Positions 30,496-40,094 are shown, numbered from the stretch's first letter. The stretch is DNA of 64,000 bases from Myxococcota bacterium (GCA_965247115.1 CBDFGR010000003.1:1184001-1248000); one strand, 5' to 3'. The notes: a model not told the origin generated them from the sequence alone. Numbers and translations: made by a program.

Positions 30496-31455
30496 GACGC
30501 GAAGCTGCGCGGACTCGGCGAGATCACGGACCTCGTTCGTGCAAGCGCGGCGCAGCCGATGATCCGTGCTGCGAGGGAAGCTGCGGGGGACGCTGTGAGG
30601 GACGCTGCGGAGGTCGCTGCGTGGATCGCTGCGAGGGAAGCTGCGGGGAACGCTGCGCGGATCGCTGCGGGGGACGCTGCGGGGGCCGCTGCGGGGGACG
30701 CTGCGAGGGACGCTGCGAGGGACGCTGCGAGGGACGCTGTGGGGGCCGCTGCGGGGGACGCTGCGGGGGCCGCTGCGAGGGACGCTGTGGGGGCCGCTGC
30801 GGGGGCCGCTGCGAGGGACGCTGCGAGGGACGCTGTGGGGGCCGCTGCGGGGGCCGCTGCGAGGGACGCTGCGAGGGACGCTGCGAGGGACGCTGCGAGG
30901 GACGCTGCGAGGGACGCTGTGGGGGCCGCTGCGGGGGACGCTGCGAGGGACGCTGCGGGGGCCGCTGCGGGGGCCGCTGCGAGGGACGCTGCGAGGGACG
31001 CTGCGGGGGCCGCTGCGGGGGCCGCTGCGAGGGACGCTGCGTGGGACGCTGTGGGGGCCGCTGCGGGGGCCGCTGCGAGGGACGCTGCGGGGGCCGCTGC
31101 GGGGGCCGCTGCGGGGGACGCTGCGAGGGACGCTGCGGGGGCCGCTGCGGGGGCCGCTGCGAGGGACGCTGCGAGGGACGCTGCGGGGGCCGCTGCGGGG
31201 GCCGCTGCGAGGGACGCTGCGTGGGACGCTGTGGGGGCCGCTGCGGGGGCCGCTGCGAGGGACGCTGCGAGGGACGCTGCGGGGGACGCTGCGGGGGACG
31301 CTGCGAGGGTCGCTGCGGGAGCCGCGGCGGGGGCCGCTGCGAGGGTCACCGCGTGGGACGCTGCGAGTGCCGCGCTCGAGCCGACCGTGCTCACGCTCCA
31401 GGATTCGGCACGCGATCTCGTTTGTCGAATGCTCGCGGTGGGGGAGTCCGCATGA
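30495..31455 (+). pseudogene. Phage Ala-rich AA(R/G/W)(D/A)-repeat protein, 5'-truncated
   Basis: LRGLGEITD...(AARD/AAGA/AAWD)n...ALEPTVLTLQDSARDLVCRM; co-oriented with the phage early genes; no start. Confidence 0.7.
30568..31370. repeat. 12-bp minisatellite GCTG(C/T)G(A/G/T)GGG(A/C)C, about 66 units
   Basis: Directly visible; 30921-31089 is repeated exactly at 31101-31269. Confidence 0.97.
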
Positions 31456-31486
31456 TGCGCCGTGCCGAGCGGGCCCGGAGGTCACG

Positions 31487-31717
31487 ATGCGACTGGAGGA
31501 GATCGTGAAGCGGCGCCCCACGACGCGCCTGCGGAACCGCCGCGAGCTCGCGCACGGTCGCCGCGTTGCCCCGACGCCCGAGCTCGTGCCGATCGATCGC
31601 GTCCTCGGACCTGAGCGCTGTGTCCTGTGCCGGGAAGAGGCCGCCGACGACATCACGGGCCTTGACGACAAGGGCGTGTGTCTCACCTGCCGAGCGGCCG
31701 CACGGCTGCGGTTATGA
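31487..31717 (+). CDS. Small phage protein with two CxxC pairs
   Basis: GGAGGT RBS; CVLC...CLTC; ATGA coupling to the next ORF. Confidence 0.55.
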   Translation: MRLEEIVKRRPTTRLRNRRELAHGRRVAPTPELVPIDRVLGPERCVLCREEAADDITGLDDKGVCLTCRAAARLRL

Positions 31718-31938
31718 GCATCGAGATTATCGAGAGCCGGGCGCACCCCACGATGTGCGCGATGTACTGCACCACCTCCGACGTAGCCTTCGGGCCCGTG
31801 TTCACGTCCCATGAAGAGGCGGAGCGGTTCATCGCCTATTGCTGGCTCCAGACGGGCGATGACCCTCGGGGCGTCGAAGGGTGCGTCCTAGAGCGCCTGG
31901 TCACGGAGATGCGAAAAGAAGAGCCATGCGCCCTTTGA
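31714..31938 (+). CDS. Small phage hypothetical protein
   Basis: Coupled ORF MSIEIIE...AMYCTTSDVAFGPVF. Confidence 0.6.
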   Translation: MSIEIIESRAHPTMCAMYCTTSDVAFGPVFTSHEEAERFIAYCWLQTGDDPRGVEGCVLERLVTEMRKEEPCAL

Positions 31939-32096
31939 TCGTCGCGCCCAAGCCCTTCCCGCGCGTCCCGCAAGACCTCCGCGAATTGCTCGCGGAAATC
32001 GACCTCTATCTCGCGCAGCGAGAGCGTCAAGCGCGGCTGGAACGGCCGCAGCTCCGCGACCTGCGCGCACGAATCCAACGAGAACTCACGAAGTAA
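31926..32096 (+). CDS. Small phage hypothetical protein
   Basis: Fills the gap in a tightly packed operon. Confidence 0.45.
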   Translation: MRPLIVAPKPFPRVPQDLRELLAEIDLYLAQRERQARLERPQLRDLRARIQRELTK

Positions 32097-32108
32097 AGGA
32101 GAGATGCC

Positions 32109-32906
32109 GTGAGCATGTTAGATCAGGTCACCACAGGGAGAACGATCCGGCCCCCGCGGATCGTCATTCATGGCAGAGGAGGAGTCGGCAAGACGACCTT
32201 CGGCGCGAGTACGCCGAATCCGATCTTCCTGCCCGCAGAAGAGGGACTCGGCACGCTCGACGTGCCTCATGTTCCCATTCCCACGAGCTACGCCGAGATC
32301 CTCGAGACGATCACGGATCTGCAACGTCAGGAGCACGTCTACCGAACCCTCGTCATCGACACGATCGACCACGTCGAGCCTCTCGTCTGGGAGGAGACGT
32401 GTCGTCGCATGTCCGAGGGGGGGCGGAAGACGTACGAGCACGTCGAGGATTTTGGGTATCAGAAGGGCTACCTGTTCGCCGATCGCGAGTGGACGCAGCT
32501 CTTTCACGCGCTGGACGCGATCCGACGCGACCCCGGCATGATGATCGTCGTGCTCTCCCACAACGAGAGCAAGACGTTCGAAGATCCGGTGATCGGTCCC
32601 TACGACCGCGTCACTCCGAAGCTCCACAAGCGAGCGAACGCGCTGCTCTACGAGTGGGCCGACATCGTCGGCTACCTGGAGATCCAGCGAGCCACGATCG
32701 AGAAGGAGGGCGCGAAGAGTCGGAAGGTGCGCACCAGCGCCACAACCGGCACGCGCGAGCTCTTTCTCGAAGACACCGGAGCCTTCATCGCGAAGAACCG
32801 CTACGGGCTTCCGATCCGCATCGAGGTGCCCCAGGCCAACCCCTACACCCCGCTCCGCGAAGCGCTGAAGTCGGCGCTCGGAGTCCAGAAGCAGGAGGCC
32901 GCGTAA
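32109..32906 (+). CDS. Sak4-like AAA ATPase (phage recombination)
   Basis: HGRGGVGKTT, TLVIDTID, FGYQKGY, EWADIV, AKNRYGLP. Confidence 0.9.
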   Translation: MSMLDQVTTGRTIRPPRIVIHGRGGVGKTTFGASTPNPIFLPAEEGLGTLDVPHVPIPTSYAEILETITDLQRQEHVYRTLVIDTIDHVEPLVWEETCRRMSEGGRKTYEHVEDFGYQKGYLFADREWTQLFHALDAIRRDPGMMIVVLSHNESKTFEDPVIGPYDRVTPKLHKRANALLYEWADIVGYLEIQRATIEKEGAKSRKVRTSATTGTRELFLEDTGAFIAKNRYGLPIRIEVPQANPYTPLREALKSALGVQKQEAA

Positions 32907-33410
32907 ATGCCGCGGATCGGAGCAGCGTTACACGATGTAGAGGACGACGACATGCCGAGAGACAGTTGGATCGCCCTCGAGTCCGGTGACTACCCGTTTA
33001 TGATCACCGACACCGAGTACAAGAGCACCAAGGCCGGGAACGGGATGTGCCTGCACGTCACGTTGCATTGTATCCACCCGGATCACTCTCGAGTGGAACT
33101 GCGAGATTTCCTGACGCTCGAGCATCCCAATCCAGACACGGTTCGGATCGCAAAGGGTCGCCTGAAGCAGATCGGACTGGCCTGCAAAGTCAAGAACCCC
33201 GACTTCATCCAGGACAGCGAGGAGCTCCACAACATCCCGTTCCTCGCCAGCGTCTCGAAGGAAGAGGCACAGGATCCAAAGTACGGGGATGTGGACGGCT
33301 ACGAGAACCGGATTGCCAAGTACAAGCAGATCGACGGCAACGCCCCGATGTCCGAGCCACTGCCAGAGCAGTCGCAGCCTACTCAGGCCTCCGGCGACCT
33401 CCCCTTCTGA
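32907..33410 (+). CDS. DUF669-type phage ssDNA-binding protein
   Basis: Follows Sak4; GDY...I...EYK.TKAGNG; acidic GDLPF tail. Confidence 0.8.
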   Translation: MPRIGAALHDVEDDDMPRDSWIALESGDYPFMITDTEYKSTKAGNGMCLHVTLHCIHPDHSRVELRDFLTLEHPNPDTVRIAKGRLKQIGLACKVKNPDFIQDSEELHNIPFLASVSKEEAQDPKYGDVDGYENRIAKYKQIDGNAPMSEPLPEQSQPTQASGDLPF

Positions 33411-34144
33411 TGGCCGAGCTCCCCCGCATCCGGAGTCCGCAGCCCCAGATCGCCAACCGGATCTTCCGGGCACTCGAGAGGCGGGAGGCCGATCGTCCGC
33501 GGAGCGGAAACCTCACCATGAGCGGCATCGGAGAGTGCGCGCGCCACCTCTGGGCCGAGCGAAACGAGCACTCGACGCCGAAATCCAGGCCGGGCCGGGT
33601 GCTCGCGATCTTCGAGTACGGAAACGCGACCGAGTCCCATGTGATCGGGCTCCTCCGCCTCGCGGACTACCTGATCGGCGCGGAGCAGCGTCGCGTCACC
33701 TGTGATCTCGGCGATGGACTCACACTGCGCGGCCGGATCGACGGAACGATCCTCCTCGGCAAGAAATATTCCGAACGGCTGGAGGCGCTGCTCGAGGTGA
33801 AAAGTGCGAAGGCGTCGCAGTTCGAGGAGTGCAAGGCGAAGGGCTACGAGAAGTGGAATCCGAAGTACGCGGACCAGCTCCAGATGTACATGGGCGCGGG
33901 AGGCTTCCACATCGCCATTGCCTTCGTGTATTGCAAGGACATCTCCGAGCCCTACCCGGAGAAGATCCGCTTCGAGCCGGAGCGCTACGAGGCCCTGAAG
34001 GCGAAGGCACGTCTGATTCTCACCTCCGAGGAGCCACCCAAGCGCCCCGACGAGGCGACATCGCAGTACTGCGCCTTCTGCAAGTGGTGCGACTCGAACG
34101 AATGGTGCTGGTCGCCTGTGGCGGAGACGCGATTCGACGACTGA
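33410..34144 (+). CDS. Cas4-like PD-(D/E)xK exonuclease
   Basis: IGECAR, GRIDG, LEVKS, QLQMY, C-terminal CKWC...C cysteines. Confidence 0.85.
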   Translation: MAELPRIRSPQPQIANRIFRALERREADRPRSGNLTMSGIGECARHLWAERNEHSTPKSRPGRVLAIFEYGNATESHVIGLLRLADYLIGAEQRRVTCDLGDGLTLRGRIDGTILLGKKYSERLEALLEVKSAKASQFEECKAKGYEKWNPKYADQLQMYMGAGGFHIAIAFVYCKDISEPYPEKIRFEPERYEALKAKARLILTSEEPPKRPDEATSQYCAFCKWCDSNEWCWSPVAETRFDD

Positions 34145-34145
34145 C

Positions 34146-35369
34146 ATGACGGACCTCGACCTTCGCCTCATCTTCTCTTCCGAACCGGACCTTGCCCATG
34201 CCATGGTGGCGCTCATGGGGGAACTTCCCGGACGAGTGATGGAGGTCGATTGGCGGGATGCGAAGGATGGCCTCCCGCGGTTCTACCTGGACTTCGGACG
34301 CCGCCGCGTCTACACGATCCCACTCCCAGAGGGAGGGGGGATCCCGCTAACCAGCCGGGAGATGGCGCAGAAGCTCTTGGACGCCATCCACCTACAGATG
34401 GCCGCGGGGCACTCGCTGGACAACCTGCTGGCCAAGTACCGACCCCGGTCTGCCGTGAATCGCATCGACCGCCGAGCCAACCAGTGGCTCCGCAAACTCG
34501 AGGAGCAAGCGGCGTCGGGGGAGCGTTCTCCCGGCTACATCCGGTTGGTCCGGGGCTACCTCCGAGGCCCCTTCTCCTACCTGGCGAACCGGACCGTCAC
34601 CGAGCTCTCCTACGGAGTGCTCGAGGACTGGAACCTCTGGATGGCGAGCGAGCTCGGGCTCTCGCCTAAGACGCGCCGCAACGTGCTCGGAGCCCTACGC
34701 GCACTTCTCGGATGGCTCCAAGAGCGCAAGGAACTGCGCGACGTGCCCAAGTTTCCGACGGTGGCTCGGGTCGAATACGCTCCGACCATCATCTCTCCGA
34801 AAACGCAGCAGGCCATCCTCGACGAGATCCCGTACGAGAGACGAGGGATCTTCCTCGCAATGGCCCGGACCGGAATCCGGCCAGGAAGCGCGCGCGCGCT
34901 CGACGTGTCGGACTGGCGCGACGGCTGGCTAATGGTCTCTAAGGCCGCGAAGGGAGGGAACGCCACCGCAGAGATCCGGGGCACGAAGACGGGGAAGATC
35001 CACCGGCTTCCCATCCGAGAGATCGCGCCGGACCTGGAGGAGTGGCTGGTCATACACACCCACCCCGCTGATCGGGACAGCGGGAAGACGCCTCTATTCC
35101 TGAATCCCTACGCGCACAACCGAGAGAGACGATGGCTCCTGTCCGCCCTCGAGCGGAACTGGGCCACGGCGTGCAAGGTGGTAGGGGTAAAGGTGAGTCT
35201 CTACGAAGGAACGAAGCATTCGCTCGGCACGGCGCTGATTGCCGACGGCGTCGATGAGAGGATCGTACAGAAGCTATTCGGCCACGCGGATATCCGATCC
35301 ACGCGCATGTACACAGTGCTCTCCGACCAGGGGATGATCGACGCGCTGCGCGGGCGGGGAGATTCGTGA
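34146..35369 (+). CDS. int: Prophage tyrosine integrase
   Basis: TGIRPG, TKTG, YEGTKHS, FGHADIRSTRMY; ends ~75 bp from the tRNA 3' end. Confidence 0.92.
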   Translation: MTDLDLRLIFSSEPDLAHAMVALMGELPGRVMEVDWRDAKDGLPRFYLDFGRRRVYTIPLPEGGGIPLTSREMAQKLLDAIHLQMAAGHSLDNLLAKYRPRSAVNRIDRRANQWLRKLEEQAASGERSPGYIRLVRGYLRGPFSYLANRTVTELSYGVLEDWNLWMASELGLSPKTRRNVLGALRALLGWLQERKELRDVPKFPTVARVEYAPTIISPKTQQAILDEIPYERRGIFLAMARTGIRPGSARALDVSDWRDGWLMVSKAAKGGNATAEIRGTKTGKIHRLPIREIAPDLEEWLVIHTHPADRDSGKTPLFLNPYAHNRERRWLLSALERNWATACKVVGVKVSLYEGTKHSLGTALIADGVDERIVQKLFGHADIRSTRMYTVLSDQGMIDALRGRGDS

Positions 35370-35370
35370 T

Positions 35371-35401
35371 GTGTCCCAAGGTATCCTCGGTGTATCCTCG
35401 G
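35371..35401. repeat. Direct repeats GTATCCTCGG x2 plus one degenerate copy; likely integrase arm sites
   Basis: 35381-35390 and 35392-35401, between int and the tRNA. Confidence 0.55.
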
Positions 35402-35445
35402 GAATCGAGACGACTGAAAACACTAGTCGTTTCGGCCACTTTCGG

Positions 35446-35527
35446 TGCCGGGGACAGGACTCGAACCTGCACGCCTTGCGGCAATGGCTCCTAAGGCCAC
35501 CGCGTCTGCCAATTCCGCCACCCCGGC
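35446..35527 (-). tRNA. tRNA-Leu (anticodon TAG)
   Basis: GCCGGGG/CCCCGGC acceptor stem, D-arm TGGCGGAATTGGCAGACGC, CTTAGGA loop, long variable arm, GTTCGAGTC; CCA not encoded. Confidence 0.97.
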
Positions 35528-35649
35528 GAAGGGAGCGAGGGTAGCAAAAGGGGGAATCCCGACGGCGGGCTCTATCGGGGTCCCCGTGCGGTGCGTGGTC
35601 CGGAGTCCGGGGAGAGAGTTGTGGTCAGCCGATCCCGCGCATCTTCGCG

Positions 35650-37050
35650 TTAACGCGCGTCTTCGCTCCAGTCGTCGGAGCGGAGGTCGAGCTCGCGAAT
35701 CTTCTGCTGCAGGCTCTGGCGCACCATCCCGATGGACTCCGCGGTGCGCGAGACGTTCCCGTCGTGCTCGCGCAAGGCGCGGATCAGGTACTGACGCTCG
35801 AAGCCCTCGACCATCTGCTTCTTGGCGTCGCGGAACGACATTTCAAGCGAAATGCCGGCATCGCCTCCTGAATCGCCCCCGGACGGGTCCAGGTCCAGGT
35901 CATCCACCCCAATGGTCTCTCCCGAGGACAGGACGGCCGCCCGCTCGATCGTGTTGCGCAGCTCGCGGACGTTGCCGCGCCAGGGGTGGCGGACCAGGTC
36001 GGCGAGCGCATCCGGATCGATGCTCTTCTTGTCGCGCCCGAGACGTTCGGCCACCTGCGAGAGGAAGCGCTCGACCAGCGCCGGGATGTCCTCCGCGCGA
36101 TCCCGTAGCGGGGGCAGCGTGACCTCGACGACCTTCAGTCGGTAGTACAGGTCCTCGCGAAAACGGCCCTCCTTCACCTCGGTCTCGAGGTCGCGGTGGG
36201 TCGCGGCCACGACCCGAACGTCGACCTCGATCGGCGCGTTGCCACCGACGCGCTCGAAGGCGCGCTCCTGCAGCACGCGCAAGACCTTGGCCTGCGTCTC
36301 CTGTGCCATATCTCCGATCTCGTCGAGGAAGATCGTTCCGTCGTTCGCCGCCTCGAACTTGCCGACCCGACGCGCATCGGCTCCCGTGAAGGCACCCTTC
36401 TCATGTCCGAATAGCTCGCTCTCGATCAGCTCACGGCTGATCGCCGCGCAGTTCACGGCCACGAAGGGACGATTCTTGCGCGAGCTCCGCTGGTGGAGCG
36501 CCTGCGCGACCAGCTCCTTGCCCGTCCCGCTGTCACCGCGCACGAGCACGCTCAGATCGGTCTCCGCGACCTTCTGGATCATCTCGAAGATCTGGCGCAT
36601 GGCGGGACCCGAGCCAATCAGGTTCTCGAAGCTGTACTCGCGCTCGACGCGCTCGAGCAGCATGCGGTGCTCGCGCTGCAGCCGTGTCCGTTCGAGCGCC
36701 CTCGACACCACCACGCGCAGCTCTTCGTTGTCGAAGGGCTTGGGGACGTAGTCCTCCGCCCCCTCCTGCATCGCCTCCACCGCGATCTTCTCGGAGCCGT
36801 GCGCCGTGATCATGACGACCGCCGTCTCCGCGCGACGCTGCTTCGACGCGCGCAGCACGTCCATGCCCGTCGAGCCGCGACCGAGCGAGAGGTCCGTCAG
36901 GATCAGGTCGTAGGTCGTGTCCGCCAGCTTTCGCTGCGCCATCTCGCCGTCGTCGGCGAGCTCGACCTCGTACCCATCCCGTCGCAGCAGTCCACGCAAC
37001 GCCAGCTGGATGCCCTTCTCGTCCTCGACGATCAGGATGCGAGGCTTCAT
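35650..37050 (-). CDS. Sigma54-dependent response regulator (NtrC family)
   Basis: REC domain, GDSGTGKE, GAFTGA, FLDEIG, Fis-type HTH. Confidence 0.96.
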   Translation of the reverse strand: MKPRILIVEDEKGIQLALRGLLRRDGYEVELADDGEMAQRKLADTTYDLILTDLSLGRGSTGMDVLRASKQRRAETAVVMITAHGSEKIAVEAMQEGAEDYVPKPFDNEELRVVVSRALERTRLQREHRMLLERVEREYSFENLIGSGPAMRQIFEMIQKVAETDLSVLVRGDSGTGKELVAQALHQRSSRKNRPFVAVNCAAISRELIESELFGHEKGAFTGADARRVGKFEAANDGTIFLDEIGDMAQETQAKVLRVLQERAFERVGGNAPIEVDVRVVAATHRDLETEVKEGRFREDLYYRLKVVEVTLPPLRDRAEDIPALVERFLSQVAERLGRDKKSIDPDALADLVRHPWRGNVRELRNTIERAAVLSSGETIGVDDLDLDPSGGDSGGDAGISLEMSFRDAKKQMVEGFERQYLIRALREHDGNVSRTAESIGMVRQSLQQKIRELDLRSDDWSEDAR

Positions 37051-38207
37051 GCACTCACCTCAGCGCCCGCTTGCTTGGGGAACGTCAGCACGAACTCCGT
37101 TCCCTGACCGGGCGTCGAGTGAAGCTCGACACGACCGTTGTGCGCGTCGACGAGCTTTCGCGTGATCGCCAGGCCGAGCCCGGTGCCGTTGGACTTCGAC
37201 GTGTAGAACGGGCGGAAGATCTTCTTCTGCGTCTCGGGGTCCATGCCGCCGCCGTTGTCCCTGATCCGGACCCAGACCGCTGTGCCTGCCAGGTTCTCGC
37301 CGAGGGCGACCTCGAGGTTTGGATCCTCGGTCCCCACCTCCTGGAACGCGTCGAGCGCGTTGCCCACCAGGTTGATGAGCACGCGTCGGAGCTTCTCGGG
37401 ATCCCCCTCCATCGAGCCCTCGCAATCCACCTCCAGCGTAAGCTTGACCGCGGCGCTGTCGATCCGATCGCGCAGGGTGTCGAGCGCGCTCTCCAGCACC
37501 TCCTGGAGTTGCATCTCGCGCACGTCCATCGCCTCCTCACGCGCGTATCGGAGCAGGTGCGAGATCGACCGCTCCACCCGGTCGAGCTCCTTCAGGGCGA
37601 CCTGGGCGTACTCCACGTTGTCCGTTGAGCCAGGGTCCTCGCCCAGCTGCTGCACCAGGCTCTTGGCGGCCGTGATCGGGTTGCGGATCTCGTGCGCGAT
37701 CGAGGCCGAGAGCTCCTCGAGCGAGCGCAGATTCTCTCCCTCCAGCGCACGGCGCTCCCGCGTCACAGAGCGTGCCACCTGCGCGTCCACCTCCGAGCTC
37801 ACCCACTTGCGCCGCAGGTCTGGCGCGACGATGGCCTGAAAGAAATGCGAAGCCAGGCCGATTCCCCAGGCCAACCCGACGATCGTCGAGGCGACCCTCC
37901 CGGCCACGAAGAAGAGGAAGAAGCAGACGAAGAAATACGTCACAAAGTGCTGAACGAACTTGATCTTTCGCTCCGCGTTTCGTCTCGCCTCCTGGTAGGC
38001 CTGCTCCTCCGGCGTCAGCTGCTTTTCGGGCCGGCGTCTCCGGCTCCGCGAGCGGCGCTGTGAGCTTCCCACCTGGTGAGCCACCTTACGGGCCAGCCGC
38101 TGGGCGTCCCGTTCTGCCCGGAGTGACGCGCGCCGCGATTTGGCTGCCCGCTCGCGCTCGCTCGCGCGTCTCTTCCTCCCGTGAAGCTCGTCCCAGGTAT
38201 CGGACAT
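37047..38207 (-). CDS. Sensor histidine kinase with 2TM domain
   Basis: Two TM helices, AHEIRNP H-box, NLVGNA, DNGGG, GTGLGL. Confidence 0.94.
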   Translation of the reverse strand: MSDTWDELHGRKRRASERERAAKSRRASLRAERDAQRLARKVAHQVGSSQRRSRSRRRRPEKQLTPEEQAYQEARRNAERKIKFVQHFVTYFFVCFFLFFVAGRVASTIVGLAWGIGLASHFFQAIVAPDLRRKWVSSEVDAQVARSVTRERRALEGENLRSLEELSASIAHEIRNPITAAKSLVQQLGEDPGSTDNVEYAQVALKELDRVERSISHLLRYAREEAMDVREMQLQEVLESALDTLRDRIDSAAVKLTLEVDCEGSMEGDPEKLRRVLINLVGNALDAFQEVGTEDPNLEVALGENLAGTAVWVRIRDNGGGMDPETQKKIFRPFYTSKSNGTGLGLAITRKLVDAHNGRVELHSTPGQGTEFVLTFPKQAGAEVSA

Positions 38208-38298
38208 CGAGTTCTCCCCGAACAGACCGGCCCAGCGGCAGAAGCGATCTTGCCGGGACTCTTGGATTGTAGACGACACCTTCACGCAAGTGGAGACC

Positions 38299-38314
38299 AG
38301 CAAGCTCCATGCCG
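38299..38314 (-). promoter_or_regulatory. Sigma54 -24/-12 promoter
   Basis: CGGCATGGAGCTTGCT = GG-N10-GC, ~90 bp upstream of the kinase ATG. Confidence 0.65.
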
Positions 38315-38405
38315 TCGTGCGAGCTCTTCAAGATCAGCAGCTTACGCGGGGCTCCTGACCGGCGCCGCAGCTCGCAGCAGTCAGGCGCAGCCAGCTCGCT
38401 GCACC

Positions 38406-39548
38406 CTAGGGGGCCTCGTTCGACATCACGACGGTCCCGCTGGCGGCGAACATTCCGCCGACGCCGTGGGCGATCGAGATCCGGGCCCCAGGCACCTGCG
38501 CGGCGGCAGTGCCGCGTAGCTGGCGCACGCTCTCCTGTAAGGCGTACATGCCGTACTGGCCCGAGTGCATGAAGCTGAGCCCACCGCCGTTCGTGTTCAA
38601 CGGGAGCTTGCCACCTGGCGCCGTGTTCCGTTCCCAGATGAACTTGCCGGCCTCCCCCCTGGCCACGAAACCCAGGTCCTCGAGCCCGTAGATCGGCAAG
38701 TGCGCGAAGGCATCGTAGATCATCAGGTGATCGACATCCTCTGTGGTGATCGCGGCCTCGTCGAAGGCCTTCTTGCCCGACACCCGGAACGCCTTGGAGG
38801 TCGTGAAGTCCTCCATCTGGCTGACCATCGGTGTCTCGACGCTCTCACCGGTCCCCAGGACATAGACGGGGCGGCTCGGGAAGTCCCTGGCACGTTCGGC
38901 ACTTGTCAGGATCAGGGCGCCGCCACCGTCGGTAACCAGGCAGCATTCGAGCAGGTGAAACGGGTACGCGATCATCCGCGACTCCAGCACGTCGTCGACG
39001 CTGATGGGGTCCCTGTACGAGGCGCGCGGGTTGTGCCCTGCCCACTCGCGCTGGATCACGGCCACCATCGCGAGTTCCTCGTGACTCAATCCGAACGCCT
39101 TCATGTAGCGCAGGACCGGAAGGGTGAAGAGCGTGGTGGGGCCGATCGGACCGTACGGAGCTTCGAACTGGCCGGACAGACTGGCCGGGGATCCGCCGAA
39201 GCCCCCACGGCCCACCCGGGAGCGTCCGCTCTCGCCGTGCGTGATGAGCACGGTGGTGCAGAGCCCATCGTTGATGGCGGCTGCGGCGTGGCGCACGTGG
39301 AGCATGAAGGAGCAGCCTCCGACAGACGTGCTGTCCACCCACGTCGGTGTGATCCCCAGATAGTGGGCGATCGCGGTGGGCGATTCTCCAGACGTCGCGA
39401 CGCCGTCGATGTCCTTCGCTGTGAGCCCCGCATCGGCGAAGGTATTGAGGGCTGCGTCGGCGTGGAGCTGGATCTGGAAGCTGTCGGGGATCACGCCCAG
39501 CTCGGTGGTCTCTGCCGCACCCACGATGGCGATGCTCTTCGGCCTCAT
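38406..39548 (-). CDS. Thiolase-like protein (SCP-x type)
   Basis: VGGCS, CCLVTDGGGA, YDAF, LNTNGGGLS. Confidence 0.92.
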   Translation of the reverse strand: MRPKSIAIVGAAETTELGVIPDSFQIQLHADAALNTFADAGLTAKDIDGVATSGESPTAIAHYLGITPTWVDSTSVGGCSFMLHVRHAAAAINDGLCTTVLITHGESGRSRVGRGGFGGSPASLSGQFEAPYGPIGPTTLFTLPVLRYMKAFGLSHEELAMVAVIQREWAGHNPRASYRDPISVDDVLESRMIAYPFHLLECCLVTDGGGALILTSAERARDFPSRPVYVLGTGESVETPMVSQMEDFTTSKAFRVSGKKAFDEAAITTEDVDHLMIYDAFAHLPIYGLEDLGFVARGEAGKFIWERNTAPGGKLPLNTNGGGLSFMHSGQYGMYALQESVRQLRGTAAAQVPGARISIAHGVGGMFAASGTVVMSNEAP

Positions 39549-39549
39549 C

Positions 39550-39966
39550 TCAGGCCTCCAACGGGCGAAAGTGGGGTAGCGAGATGGTGTCGTCCATCTC
39601 GGTGAAGACCACTTCCAGCGGCATGTCGAGGATCAGGGCCTCCGGGGTCTGCGGGCTGTCGACGATGTTCGTCATCATCCGCGGCCCCTCCTCGAGCTCC
39701 ACCACCGCGATGGCGTAGGGCCCGTCGAAACCTGGTGCGGGGCGGTGGTTGATCACATAGCTGTAGAGCGTCCCCTTCCCGCTCGCCAGGAAGACCGAGA
39801 CGGAGCGCGAGCCACAGTCGCGGCAGAAGGGCCGCGGCGGGAAATAGACCTGCTCGCATTTGTCACAGCGTTGCAGACGCAGCTCACCTGCTCTCGTGCC
39901 CTCCCAGAAGTGCTCGGTCTCGGGAGTCGGAACGGGAAGGGCTCTGCGGGGCTTCGCTGACGCCAC
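39550..39966 (-). CDS. DUF35/ChsH2-like Zn-ribbon OB-fold protein
   Basis: FWEG...QRCDKC..YFPPRPFCRDC, VELEEGPRMMTN; paired with the thiolase. Confidence 0.92.
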   Translation of the reverse strand: MASAKPRRALPVPTPETEHFWEGTRAGELRLQRCDKCEQVYFPPRPFCRDCGSRSVSVFLASGKGTLYSYVINHRPAPGFDGPYAIAVVELEEGPRMMTNIVDSPQTPEALILDMPLEVVFTEMDDTISLPHFRPLEA

Positions 39967-40094
39967 GGATACCTCCAATCGAGAATCGAGCGGCGATTAT
40001 ACGGGCAAGCGGAGCCAAGATCTGACCGATCGCGCCTGGCACGGCTCCAGGCTATCCTAGCTCGAACCGAGGTCTAGGTCGGGAAGGGACGCAG

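Noticed and set aside
30057..31394. 445-aa ORF fusing Ala/Pro/Ser repeats to an integrase domain, plus 537-aa and Cys/Gly/Arg-rich ORFs over the same repeat
   Set aside because: These are stop-free shadow frames of the minisatellite. The plus-strand Ala-repeat frame fits the phage operon, and the integrase piece lacks its first catalytic Arg.
30568..34144. Repeat array near a Cas4-like gene as a CRISPR system
   Set aside because: The units are contiguous with no spacers, no other cas genes are present, and Sak4-SSB-Cas4-like is a standard phage recombination module.
1..35445. Second att site (tRNA-Leu 3' duplicate)
   Set aside because: None found by eye; it presumably lies left of the window or was deleted.
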